Shown here piece by piece: positions 14,427-26,944 of a DNA stretch of 64,000 nt (the first letter of the stretch is position 1; each line of letters begins with the position of its first letter). Source of the DNA: Parasitella parasitica NRRL 2501 (lineage: Eukaryota; Fungi; Mucoromycota). Position numbers and translations under genes: made by a program. The stretch lies in NCBI GenBank assembly GCA_025201805.1, contig MU619280.1, positions 120,052 to 184,051 on the forward strand, read 5' to 3'. The notes beneath the pieces were generated by a model. That model was given only the letters and a program-made list of their open reading frames with translations, had not been told where the DNA came from and ran no database searches.

Positions 14427-15515
14427 TTAACTCCAGCCAAAATAGAGCCCCACAACATTTTCGCTAAGGTTAATCCCAAGAACACATAACACGACAAAGA
14501 GTGCCAGGAACCCAAATATAGGATAAAGCAGCAGCTCTGTATGAGCCAAGAAAGGTAGCACTGTTTGTTGCAGATCTGTCAATAAAATCCCCACTTATAT
14601 GCACTTTTATACTTGCCATTAAATCCTAAAAATGTGCCATAACAATACCAAATGATGGATATTAAGTAGATTGAGTTACTGATGATCAGAGAAGCCCAGT
14701 TGTGACGGATCAGAAGATTGAGAAAGAAGAACTGTATAATGTATAATATCAGAAATAATGGAAAAAACGAATTACAATGAACATCGAAAGCGTAAGCCCA
14801 TTCTACTTTTTGATCGTTGGTTTGTGTCGTCCCATGATTTTGATTCAGGAATTTGTTGGTAACCAACCATAAAAATGTAGTTACAAATGAACCCACCAGG
14901 ACAAAGTCCACGAGTACCATGAGCAGCATAGCTTTAAGAACACCCAAGATCCCAAGTCCAAATACGAATCCCCAAGCAATAGCCGAGACTGAGTCAAAAG
15001 CAGTGTGAATATCATCCCGTGTTCTACGCAAATCGCTGGACTTACTTGATAATAAAGACGCCAGCAATACTAGAAATGCTGGATCGTCTCTAGCCCATTG
15101 GTTTTTTGTTTCTTTTTTTTTTGTTTTGTTCATGAGATGTTAAATTAACATTAATGATGAACCTACAAATTAGTACTTACGTTTATGATAGTAAATGTTT
15201 CGATATCTAGTTGTTTTTATTAAGAAAATCGTTCGGTGTTAATTTTTGGATATGTCTGCTAGAACTTACACTCTCCTCGGCGCAATTAATAGATACGCCA
15301 TCTGCCATAGAGCAAACTTGAAAATTTGATTAAGATATTACATATCGCAACACGTTCATTGTTTTTTTTTTTTACATGCTTACCTCAAAATCCATCTGTG
15401 TAAATCGAACTAATCTCGTTAATATTAATGGCATGAAAGAAGATCGTTTATATCTTGTCTGCTGCTGTTTTTGCAATTGTTTTTTAGTGTTGGAAAAGCT
15501 AGGTAAAAGTTCCAT
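14427..15515 (-). CDS. GMH1: UNC-50 family Golgi membrane protein (Gmh1), multi-exon
   Basis: Spliced QMDFE|FALWQMAYLLIAPRRV|YRNIYYHK|..TKNQWARDDPAF...VEWAYAFDVHCNSFFP, the hallmark motifs of UNC-50. Confidence 0.92.
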
Positions 15516-15593
15516 GTTTATTAAGTGTATTAAAGCAAATTAATCAGAGAAAAAATGTTCAAAATATTATTTTGCCCTGAGCGGAAGTTCATT

Positions 15594-16242
15594 TTAATAA
15601 TGTGCTTGATGATCATGTTGATAGTCAGACCACTGCTTCATGCTCTCTTCAATGCCAAAGGTATTGTGATGAAAGTAATAAGAAATGTCAAGCCCAATAG
15701 GAGTTCGATAATTCACAAAAGTTGAGATAGGAGGCAGATGTGGATGTTTATCTTTACTTTTTGTTGAATAGTGATGGTAGGTACCAGCAACATTTGGTGC
15801 TGCTTCTGCTGCTACTGGTGATGGCTGTTGACGCAATTGAAGTTGCTGAGGAGATTTATCATCTTCTTTATAATGTCTTTAGAAGAAATTAATGAAAAAT
15901 GTGCTTTTACTTACTGTTTGTCTTTTTTGGATGTTGACCTTTCAATTTGTTTTTTTTATTTTCTTTTGCTCTTCTGTTTTGAAACCTACAATGTGGCTTT
16001 ATTTATCATTCAAGATAGCCAACTTATGTTGTAAATATATACCAGAAATGAATACTTCTTTCAGACATCTGAACAGATTTAGCTATTTCTCTCTTTTTTT
16101 CAGTGTTAGGGTTCTTATTTTCGGCAAAATACTGCTCCAAAATGACCATCTCCTCTTTAGATGTGCGCATTCGTCTCTTTGCGACTGTACTGAGAGAGAG
16201 ATTGTCAATAGATTGTGTTAGTTCCTTGTTATCAATACCCAT
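15594..16242 (-). CDS. Homeodomain transcription factor, 3 exons
   Basis: KRRMRTSKEEMVILEQYF...PNTEKKREIA...SIHFW, then an intron, then FQNRRAK, completing the WFQNRR recognition helix. Confidence 0.88.
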
Positions 16243-16668
16243 GTTCAAAGACTATTAAAAATAAAAAAGAAAGGGAAAAAAAAACCAAACCTTGACAACA
16301 TCATTTATGTATGTATACGGTACTCGATTCATTGATAAATTATTGCTTCAATACATCTATCAACCAGCGTGAAGAAACCCAGACAAAATATCAATTTTAT
16401 GCTTTGGCGAGTTTATTCATTATCAATGAAAAAAAAACCCTCTAAAAAACTCAAAATGTATTTTTAAATGTAACCAATGTTTGCTTTCTCAAATGTCTTT
16501 GCTTATGATTATGAAATACGCCATGTTACCTTTGGAAGTGGGAACTTCCTGTAGACAGTGGCTGATGTTTTTAAAGCACGCAAAAGTTTTCCACTAAAGT
16601 ATTGTATAATATCGTATTGACATTCTTACTGTTCTTTTTATTTATCTATTATTATTTGGATAGAAAAA

Positions 16669-19553
16669 ATGGGTGCAGCAGATAGTAAACTTGCTTTCCG
16701 AAGAAGTGTATTTAGATTATATGAAGAGCCAGTAAGGAAAAGATTTAAAAATGATGAATAGAATGAACACCAACATTTATTCAATTATACTTAGACCATT
16801 CCAGCATCCGAAAATGAGTATTGGGAACAGGCATGATAGAAGGAAAGAAAGCTATGATGTGTATATTTACAGGTAATTTAATAGTTTTGGAATTTACCGG
16901 AGTCTGCAGACGACATCTTCTCCTTGATTGGAGCAAACGATATCAGGAGAACAAGAGACATGGCTCGAAAGAACTTTGAAACGTTGATTGATAAGGCACT
17001 GGAGAAGATGCAGCAAATATTAAAGGCGTCTAACTTTCCATCTGAGCAGTACTCGATCAACCACCTTTTGAACTGCTGTCGCATACTGACACGATTGATT
17101 CCTTTTGTTTTTGAAAGCGCTGATTGCTTGGAATGGGAGGATTTATTTTTTTGGACTCCAAGACAGGTAGAAAAAGAAAAGAAGAATCCTGATGATAAAC
17201 CCGAATACGACACTCTGGTTTGTCGTGGTGAACTTGTTTTAGATTGTAAGGACTCGAAACTATTCGTATTTTACTGCTCAGCATAAAGCTAATAATGCCG
17301 TTATCTTTGTATAGCAACAATCCAAGCGTTGTTTTTAGCAGGATTTACTATTCCAATATCCTTGGCAACCAAGGTATCCAAAGTCAATTATGCAATCTGG
17401 GAAAATGGCGTTGGCTCTACCATTCCAATCAGCACATACAAAGACAACGAAGCTAATCGCACAGAAGTTTTGAGACTATTAGCCGTATTGCTGTCTAAAT
17501 CCATGTATGTACCTCCCGCTCAATTACTTTCAAAAGAAGATCACTGGCTTCGATACGTAGCTGTCAAATTGGAGCGCAAGGTCGTGCTGGTGATTCTATG
17601 CAGTTTAGTGAACACTATTTGCAATTATGATCCCACCGGCTGGGTTCCTTACAATCATGTTGTTCAGGGAGGCCCGCGAGAACAACTTGTCTCCTTTTGT
17701 CTCACCAACTTGCTTATTTTGTTGGATTACCGTTCCCCACAGCAGGCAGAGTTATTGCGCCAATACGATCAAGCTGTATCACCTACCAGCGCAACCACGG
17801 ACCTTCCTGCAAGTATGGAAATACTAACGTTGGACAACCCCGACGCTATCACTAAAACAAGCGTAGAGTTGGAAGTTTTCACGCCTGTTGATCAATTGGC
17901 TAACCAGCATGAGGAAAATGCCTTCCGCCATTATATGTCGAAACTTCACAGAGACCAGGACTTCAAGTTTTTGATGGACGGTATTTACCGCCTACTAAGT
18001 AATCCAATGACTGCAGTCAGCACTTACTTGCCAGGCTCAACAAAACGTGTTGGATGCTTTGTGAATGTGATGATGATGTGTTGGAAACTTCTGGAGACAA
18101 ACTCGGTAAATCAGTGCAGCTATTTTTAAAGCATTGCATGTGCTAACTAAGTTGAACGTTGAATAGAGATTTGCAAACTACCTGGTAGAAACTGATCGGG
18201 CACTTGATCTAACAGTTTTGTTGATTTTCCATGCTACTGATAACAAGGACAAGATCGGTAAGTAGCATAGCAGATTAACGCATGAATCGAGCAAGATTAT
18301 TTAACATACATAAATAGCACAACTTGGACTTGTTCGTATGTGTGCATTCATCCTCCAAACATTATCCTCAAACAAAGAATACAGTGCCAAATTAAACAAG
18401 TCCTTCTCAGCGCATTCATCTCTTCCATCATCTATCCGACTTTATGCATTCAATGGTACCTACGCCGACTTTTTGATCATTGTATAGTATTATCTCTATT
18501 TGACACTGATTGCAAACCTAACCTACTACATAGTCCGTATTTTCATTGATTGCGTCTACCCAGGGCAAACTCTCTTCATTGTATCCTGCACTGATTCTGA
18601 CTATCTCCAACATTTCACCCTATTTAACAAATCTCGGTGTAACAACCGCATCCAAGCTTTTAACCTTGTTTAATTCCATGTCATCGCCTTCTTTCTTGAT
18701 GGCAGACGAATACAACTTCCAATTAACTGGTTACCTCTTGGAAACATTCAGCAACATTATCAATTACCAGTATGCAGAAAATCCTAATCTGATCTATTCC
18801 ATGGTGTTACACCACGATTACTTTGAAAAGTTAGACCAACTAACATTTGAAGACGCTGTTAGAGAATCCGAAAGAGTAAGACAGCTGCGAACAAGCAAAG
18901 AGGTTGAAAGAACCGAGAAAAACGCCGATGCAACATCCCCACCACCAACACCACCGGCAACCACTGAAGATAGCCACGATTCTACCGAGAATGAGCAATC
19001 ATCTCTAGCTGAACATAAAACCAAAGATATCCCAAAAGGGAAGGATAACGAGGAGTCCAAGCCAAGCTATGCCTCGGTTGCTGCATCTGCTAATAACCAC
19101 GATCAAGAAGAAGAAGAGAACAAAATCAACAAGCCGGAGCAGATTCAAGTGGTACCCACTGGTGAGGATGGCGCCATTAGCAATACTAACACCCGTCCCT
19201 GTTTGAATGGGTTTATACCAATAGAAGCATGGTGGTCTTATTGGAAGTCCCATATGCAGCTTGCGACTACCTTAGCCATGTTGAAGCATTTAGTGCCTAA
19301 AGTGGAAGAAAAGTGTGCAGAGGGAAATATCATCACATTGGAGGAACTGATGGTATTTCTGAAGACCATCCAATTGGACAATGTCTTACCAGAAGACAGT
19401 AAGTCTATTTTTATTCGCAAATTTCAATGGGGAGAGGCTCTGGTGATCTGGTTTCGTAGCATGATGTGGGGTCAGAACTATGTGTTTTCTATGAACGAAC
19501 ACGGTGCTTGGAATGGTACACATGTGAAACTATTTCAAATCAAAGAAGAATAG
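16669..19553 (+). CDS. HID1: HID-1/Ecm30 (dymeclin-like) family protein, multi-exon
   Basis: Myristoylation-type start MGAADSKLAFR, FWNLPESADDIFSL, NCCRILTRLIPFVFE, GLVRMCAFILQTLS, C-terminal WNGTHVKLF. Confidence 0.88.
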
Positions 19554-19722
19554 GTTGATCAGCATAGAAGGGCAGATGGGGCGATGATTTGTTGCCATGA
19601 TACAGATTTTTAATAGATCACCCGGGATTTTAACCTTTTGTCCTACATGATGTTTTATTATAATAAAAAAAGCTTTATTTTTTCCTTTTCCTTCTTTCTT
19701 TTGGTTTATACCATTATTAGAG

Positions 19723-20166
19723 ATGGATGTTATAGTTGCCGAAGTATTCTCGAGATGGTATATTTATCTATACGAGCAAATTGGACCCCAGATTCATGCG
19801 CCAACGCCAGATCAACTATTTCAAACAGTAACCCAAATAGCCTCTGTCTTGTACGAACATAGTCCACCCATCGTTCGAACTTACTATACTATATTAAACT
19901 CAATCCCGGTGCAAACTGACATTATTCCAGTAGCATTAGCCATGCTGATTCTATACGCCTTATTTGCCTTAATTGTAGTCGTTTTCCGTAGTCTGTTTAG
20001 ATTGGTTTATGGGTTCGTTCGACTTGGCATCATCATCATTTTACTAGCTGTCTTGGCTTGCATTGTACTGCAATATACAACTGCAATGGAGAGGGGTCCT
20101 TTCGATCAATTTTTTCATTCTTCTGCAGGGACATTATCAAGAACGCCTCATCACCACCATTCATAA
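19723..20166 (+). CDS. Small two-TM membrane protein, possibly Apq12-like
   Basis: 147-aa ORF with two hydrophobic helices linked by an amphipathic FRSLFRLVYGFVR segment, resembling the Apq12 layout. Confidence 0.55.
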   Translation: MDVIVAEVFSRWYIYLYEQIGPQIHAPTPDQLFQTVTQIASVLYEHSPPIVRTYYTILNSIPVQTDIIPVALAMLILYALFALIVVVFRSLFRLVYGFVRLGIIIILLAVLACIVLQYTTAMERGPFDQFFHSSAGTLSRTPHHHHS

Positions 20167-21143
20167 TGTTTGTCTTGTGGTCCTTTTTGCAACTCGCTCT
20201 TTCTCACATGCTTTTTATACGATACACCTTTCTTTTTTTCACATGTATTTAATAAACAATAATTGTTTTCAATTCGGGAGCAAATCAATTGTACCTGTAA
20301 TAGATTTCATCATGATATGCATATAAAATCTTTGACAGTATATTCATTCAAGCGAATGTTAAATTAGAGATCTCATGAGAAGACATCTAGTTAGCATGCA
20401 TGATTGCACATTATATTGCACACATAAAATAATAATACATATACCACGCAAACCAAAGATCAGTGCCGTCGTTAATAAATGGCCATCTCTTGTAACCTAG
20501 CTCCTCGTGGTATAGTCCTGTATACATTTCCTGAAATAGTTGGCACCAATACTGTATCAAGGCAGTGTACAAATAGAATTGAGCTGATGCTGCGGACTGT
20601 ATGAATCCTGTCTCCCATTCAGTGCTTTCCTAAAGTCGAGACGACTAATTTTCTAAACTTCTGAAGCAGTTACGACGAGAGCACATCAAAGTAAAAAACG
20701 CTCATTATTGCTACTTTGAGAATAAGGAAGCTCCATTTTTCACTGTTGTCAGTTTGCTTTGTATTTTAAGGGCAGTCTTTTTTAAATAAAGGGCATTCAC
20801 ATAGAAATCAGTCATTGAAAGCAAGTTGATGTATTCACCAAAGCACAAATGTCTTGGGAACTTGCCGCACAAACGTAATCTCCTTGCTTCACATGAGAGA
20901 TTCTTTGCTTAAGCCTCGTTTCATAGAATCACTTTTTGAAAAGGGAGATGTTTCAACCCAATTGTAAAATATGTTTGGTCCTAGATTACCGGTACAGTTG
21001 CGTCTATCACAATCATGGCTCCCAAAATGTGTATTTGGCTCCGTTCAAAATGTATTCTGCCCATTTACTTTTTTATATCTGTTTTTGTGCGTTCCCTTTA
21101 TTCTGCCTCTCTTTCCTTCAATCCTTCAGCTTCTCATTACACT

Positions 21144-22788
21144 ATGACTAAAGTTCAAGAACTTGATCAAAAGCATATCATTGGTGTTGTCTTTAAGGCA
21201 TTGCTGATCGACTTGTTTTCATTTACAATCATACTTCCCCTGTTTCCTCGACTTTTGAATTACTACCAGAGCAAAGAAATTGGCCATCAAGTAAGTATAC
21301 GTATACGAGTTGTGATACGTGCAGAGAATGTTCATCAGTAGTACAATGTCCAAAAGGAAACCATCTTGGGCTATGCTCTTCAGGTGTTGGAGCAATTCAA
21401 GCGTTTGATCACAACCAATCAACACGCCTCTGTAAAGGCAGGTTATGCAGACAAATGGGATACTGTATTACTGGGAGGGTTAATTGGATCCTTGTTCTCG
21501 TTTCTACAATTTTTCGTATCGCCAAAAATTGGACGCGCCAGCGATAGATTTGGACGTAGAGCCGTCCTATTGTATACCATGGTATGTAAAGCCGTAAGCG
21601 TCATCGAAATGCATCAAGGGTTGTTGACCATGAATGGTAGATAGGCAATATTTTATCCACCCTCATTTGGCTATTTGCTCGCTCGTTCAGTTTGTTTCTG
21701 GTGGCTCGAGTTATTGCTGGCTTGAGCGAAGGCAACGTGCAATTGAGTACGGCCATCATTTCTGATGTCACAACGCCTGAAAAAAGATCTAGAAGCCTGG
21801 TAAATGAGTATTACCGATGTTGATTCAGCTTATCTGAAGGAATTTTTTGCTTCTTATTTAGGCACTCATTGGCATTGCATTTGCTACTGCATTTACTGTA
21901 GGGCCAGCTATTGGTGCTTGGTTTGCTTCTATAGACTTGAGTGAAGCCTGTCCTTCTCTTGTCAAGTTTGGAATCTATCCTTATTCAATGGCTGCATTTG
22001 TTGGTTTAGTCTTATTGGTCATTGAAACAGCTTATTTGTATTCAGCTTTACCAGAGACAATTCATTTCCGCCAACAAGTGGAGGCAACAGCCAACAGCAG
22101 CAGCAGCAGCAGAGAAACCACCGAGCCTATTACCTTACAGATGATTCAGACGCGTTTAATGAATTTGGAACATCTCAAACAAATTATGTGTGCATTCTCA
22201 TTTTTATTCTCTGGCATGGAGTTCACATTAGTGTTTTTGACATTTGATGTCTTGGATTACAGTCATATGCAGCAAGGTAAACTCTTGGGTTTAATGGGTA
22301 TTGTATCAGCATTGATACAAGGCGGCTACGTTAGACGTCGTGTACAAAAGCTTGGTGAAAAGATATTGATCTTGCAAGGCATGGTTAGCTGTGTTGCTGG
22401 TCTTTACTGCCTAGCTCATTGTGTCAAAGCTAGCAACCCAGTCGCATGGCTTTACGCTGGTGTAACATGTTTAGCATTTACCTCGGGTACTGTTGTCAAC
22501 TGTCTCACAAGTTTGGCCAGTCTGCAATGTCACGAAAAATCCAGCGATGATGCTTTGAGCAAGGGCCGTGCATTAGGTGAATTCCGTAGCTTTGGTCAAT
22601 TAGGTCGTGCGTTAGGTCCCATTAGTACTTGCGGGTTTTATTGGATCTTTGGTCCCGGCGCATGTTATGCCTTGGGTGCACTGATGATGGTTGGCTTGAC
22701 TTGGATTACAGTTATGAACACACCATCAAGCAAAAACGTTCCCACTAGAAAGACAGCTGTTTCAAAGGAATCAAAAAAGACTGAATAG
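21144..22788 (+). CDS. MFS transporter (MFSD10/tetracycline-resistance-like), multi-exon
   Basis: LLIDLFSFTIILPLFP, motif A GRASDRFGRR, RVIAGLSEGNVQLS, LFSGMEFTL, RSFGQLGRALGP. Confidence 0.9.
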
Positions 22789-22992
22789 AGCATTTCACAA
22801 ACCGTGTTATTCGGCAGAAAACATTAGCATACATCGACTAATACAATAGTAACACCTTGTACACAATATTACCGCTTTGTAAATATACAAAAAAAAAAGA
22901 AGGATTTTTATTGAATTAATGAATTATTGAGCAGTAAGGTAGTAAGGTTTTTCTTTTTAAAAAAAAGGAGCATGCATTATACAAAGGGAAGA

Positions 22993-23992
22993 TTAGAACT
23001 ATGTAAAGAGAAAGTTTTAGTTTCACATAATTAATTCAATATTCATTATAAAAGCTTACATAGTTACTGGGAACAATACCAGTAGTGCCATCTACCTTGC
23101 GTGCTTGCCACCAATTACCACGCTTATCCAAGATGTCAAGCGACTCACCCTTTTCAAATGAAAGTTCATTTGGGTCATCTGGGCTTCCTTGATCTAAAAC
23201 GAATAGATTAGCGATATTTTAGACTCATGCATAAGGCTTCTTCACATACAATCATGCAAAGCAGTTGCTTGTTCGAAGGTGTCGATAGCATCCCCAACTT
23301 CTTCATCGTGACGGCGGGGCAAAGGCTTCTTGTCATGAGAATTGGTGTTTGGGCGCACAGCGTTAGAGAACTTGTGTCCAAAGTGAGCAGTCTTTTCATT
23401 GACGCCTCTGAAACTACCATTGCTCATAAAAGTGCCACCACCTGGAGCAGTTAATTCAATTGCCCAGATGAACTAAGTTTATGCATCGAACTCTTTAATA
23501 TCCGAGACACTTTTTTTTTTTTTTTTTTTTTNNNNNNNNNNTACCTCAACAATGATCAAAATGACAGCTCCTGCAGTAGCAGCTCCGGCACCACCAATGT
23601 CATTATTGTCTAATGTCCATTGACAAAGCCAAGTCAAATAGACAAGACTTACAGCCATAAAGAGATAGACCTAAGCAACCGAAAAGTTTAATTCCGCACA
23701 TATAATGTATAGTTTGATGTCCTTTTACCATCTCTCTAAAACGGTTGAATACACCAAGACCAAGGATAATAATAATACCAACAACAACGACTAGTTCAAA
23801 AATAATGATAAACCAAGTTACACCGTGGAAAGCGGCAACACAACCACCAATGAAGAGAATGAGCCAAGCAGCCTAATACAAAGAAGCATTAGAGTAACGT
23901 TAGCAAATTGACTTTTTAGATCGACTTACAGCTGCCAAGGCAGAAGTGATTGCAATCAATGGACTAGTTAAACTATGATTATATTCTTCCAT
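22993..23992 (-). CDS. SHO1: Sho1-like osmosensor (4 TM + C-terminal SH3), multi-exon
   Basis: Four hydrophobic segments from MEEYNHSL.., then SH3 ATALHD|YQGSPDDPNELSFEKGESLDILDKRGNWWQARKVDGTTGIVPSNY; assembly gap in an intron at 23532-23541. Confidence 0.85.
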
Positions 23993-24296
23993 TTTGATCA
24001 GTTCTTATGATTTCGAATAATTAGATGTATAAAAAGAACAAGCGACTCTCGAAAAAGCATGAAATGAACTTTATATAAAAAACTCTAATTTCTAGGGGGT
24101 TCACATACTGCAATGACAGAAACAAACTTACATCACATTGCTGTAACGAGTAAAAAAATTAGCATGATAATCTCTTTTTGTAGATGTCTCAAATGAATTT
24201 TAGGTAGAATTAGAGCCTTTTTTTTTTTTTTATTATTGTTGTTTACGTGTTGATTTTTAATCAAAATAAAAGCTTAAAAAAATTGATGCATTTTTT

Positions 24297-24824
24297 TTAA
24301 CGATACTAAACATATGCAAAAGAGTGAGTATCTTGTCACCGAAAAAAAAAAATCTACATTTTACCTTGTGGAAACCAATATCATTGGAATATTCACGGAA
24401 ACATTGACGACAGATGTTCAAGTTGTACTTGCGGATCAAACCAGCGCGATGAGCACAGACACGACTAGATGCAAGAGTCAGTTAATTGCGCCCTGGTTTC
24501 TCCTCCAATCCAGGATTTTTCTTTTCGGTTGATCTCATTTTTGAGGGATTTAGTCTCCATAAAAACGATGCAATAAATTTGATCTATTCGCAATATTTGA
24601 TTACCGTTATATTGTTGTAACACTGCATGTTTTTTCGTTGCATTTTTTGATAACAGAGGTAGATCGTGCTCGACATGTCTCTTGATTTTGCTCAAATAAA
24701 AATCAACCGAAAAAAAAAAAAATCCTGAATCAAAAAAACACAAAAAATTGCTTTTTACATACCATTGACGAGAGCCCTTACCATACTTCTTAGGGTGGGA
24801 GTTCCAAACGTTAGCGTGAGCCAT
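24297..24824 (-). CDS. RPS29: 40S ribosomal protein S29 (uS14), 3 exons
   Basis: [20 protein letters not shown]|[34 protein letters not shown]|YR*. Confidence 0.97.
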
Positions 24825-25245
24825 ATTGTATATTTAAAAAAGAAAGAGGGAAAAGAGGAGATTGGAGAAGGCACCACCACTATCCATAGCACCGAACTGA
24901 AAATTTTTTTACAGTGGTCACTGGGATACAAGTTGCAACAACTTGCAACCTCTTCATGTTGCTAAGCCACGGTTCACCCACTCACAAGAAGCACAGAACC
25001 TACATCAATCTCATGTGATTTTGAGAAAGTCATTTAAAGTCATTTACAGAAGATTTGTGGGGTGTAATTGGAGATATTGCTTTTAACTCTTGAATAGTTT
25101 TGAATCAAATCCACAAAATCTTCATGCTCATCTTTCCAATAAAAAGGTATTTGAAGACATAAAAAGTTATGATAGCAATGATTGCACTTGACCAACGTGG
25201 TATTTGCTGGCCATCTTAAACATTCAAATATAGAAAAGCAATACA

Positions 25246-26264
25246 ATGGTTTATCTGAAATCAGCTGATGGCACTGAAAAGAAGTTTGCTTGTATAAAGT
25301 GTATAAAGGTACATTACATACATTTGTTTAAAGTCAAAGCATTAATTGACGTACAATATAGGGTCACCGATCTTCTAAATGTAAGCATGAGAAAAGAGAA
25401 TTGATTGAAATCAAAAGAAAGGGAAGGCCTGTATCACAATGCGAAAGTTGCCGCTTGTTGAGAAAAACAAAGCAAGTGCATATCAAATGTGAATGTCATC
25501 CAAAAGAAAAAGGTGAGTCCCTCTATATGCAAGCACGGGTCAATACAATCGACTGACAATATATGTGTTATGATAGAAACAGCCAATAATGCACCTACCA
25601 CTGCCAACCTCATTTTCGATCAAGAGTCCCCTAGTAACAACTCTGACATAACTCCTTTGAATGGTAGGATAATATACGTAACTTTTTTACATGGTAGCGT
25701 TGCTAAAATCTTGGTCAATTAGTAAATAATATCAACGATAGCAATTTTAGCAATATCCTCGCTTCAACATCTTGTTTTGAATGCAGTAGACCCAAGCTCT
25801 ACTGCAATTGTAAACAACTACCTCCCTCTACCACTAACAGCTCAGAAGGCTCAATCACACCTCCTGTTGCTGCTACCTCTCCCTTTACCTCTGGATCAGC
25901 AGTAAAACTGAGACTTTCCTATCTAGACAATGTACCAACAGCATATCCAACCATATCAGCAGGACTGATAAACAATACGAGTAGCCCCAACAGTAATAGT
26001 AATTCCCTACCTTCTTCACCAATGCGCCATTTGACAATACCTATACACGATCCATCCGACGACATTGACAGTGATACGCCTATATATAAGTCAGTTGAAG
26101 AAACTACTCATTTGGGCGAATTTACAAACAAGAGTTCGGATGAACTCATGACTCAAATCTACAGTCGGTTCCCATCTTCTTCTTTATCGTTGCCTACAAC
26201 TTCTACTATGATGCTAAAGGAAGATGTTGATGATAAGTTGGTTGAATTATCAAGAGAAACATAA
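25246..26264 (+). CDS. Copper-fist (Ace1/Mac1/Cuf1/Haa1-type) transcription factor, 4 exons
   Basis: ATG 25246 MVYLKSADGTEKKFACIKCIK, intron 25309-25361, then GHRSSKCKHEKRELIEIKRKGRPVSQCESCRLLRKTKQVHIKCEC; later exons join in frame to ORF 26022-26264. Confidence 0.88.
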
Positions 26265-26944
26265 GCTTTTTTTCATTGAGATTAGTCGCTACAGGCAAAA
26301 AATTTGATAGAACCATCCTGGGTTGTACATAATTTAGACGATTCACTTAGGATCAACGAGATTGATACTTTTACACTACGATTGGAAAATAAAAAGTAGT
26401 TTAAATGGATGAAATACGGCATATCTTACTTCTTACCTTTGTATGGCCTTTTTTGTCAGAAATGCAATGATCCGAGCAGTTGCAATGTCGAATTCAAAGT
26501 TTATGATGGGTGCCAAGATGAGCCGACTGTCAAAAACGATTTTAACCAGCCAGCTGTACATGCTGCCAATTTATATTATTATTACATACATTGAAAACTT
26601 GCATTTTATGCGTAAACTTTTGAATGCTTCCTAGTTGGATTCTTGGGCAAATTTGACAGAATAGGTTTAATAGCGACTGTTGGATCTAAGCTTTTGCATC
26701 AGTCTATTGATAAATTTACAAATCCCATTTTCCAGAACGCACATATGACATATATCTTTAAAAAATGGATAAATTTCCGCAAGTGTAGTAAAAGATGAGC
26801 ATATTTTTGGAAATGTTTGCAGTGACGAAGAGTATTGGCAAACACTTGTATACATTTCGTATCTACGGCACTAAAATACACGTAACAGCAAACACGGAAA
26901 AGCTCGGTGGGTCACCTGGATTTAACATAAACAAAAATTGTTAT

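Noticed and set aside
16834-16839. In-frame TGA in HID1 as stop read-through or selenocysteine
   Set aside because: It is followed immediately by TAG and is fully explained by a GC-AG intron
23532-23541. N-runs, also at 29514, 33913 and 47778
   Set aside because: Assembly gaps next to A/T homopolymers, not biological features
24687-24694. TTTGCTCA, a Mac1-type copper-response element upstream of the copper-fist gene
   Set aside because: A single short AT-rich motif is expected by chance in 64 kb, and functional sites are usually paired
24534-24701. Possible intronic snoRNA in the RPS29 intron loop
   Set aside because: No convincing C (RUGAUGA)/D (CUGA) box pair or H/ACA layout could be read on the transcribed strand
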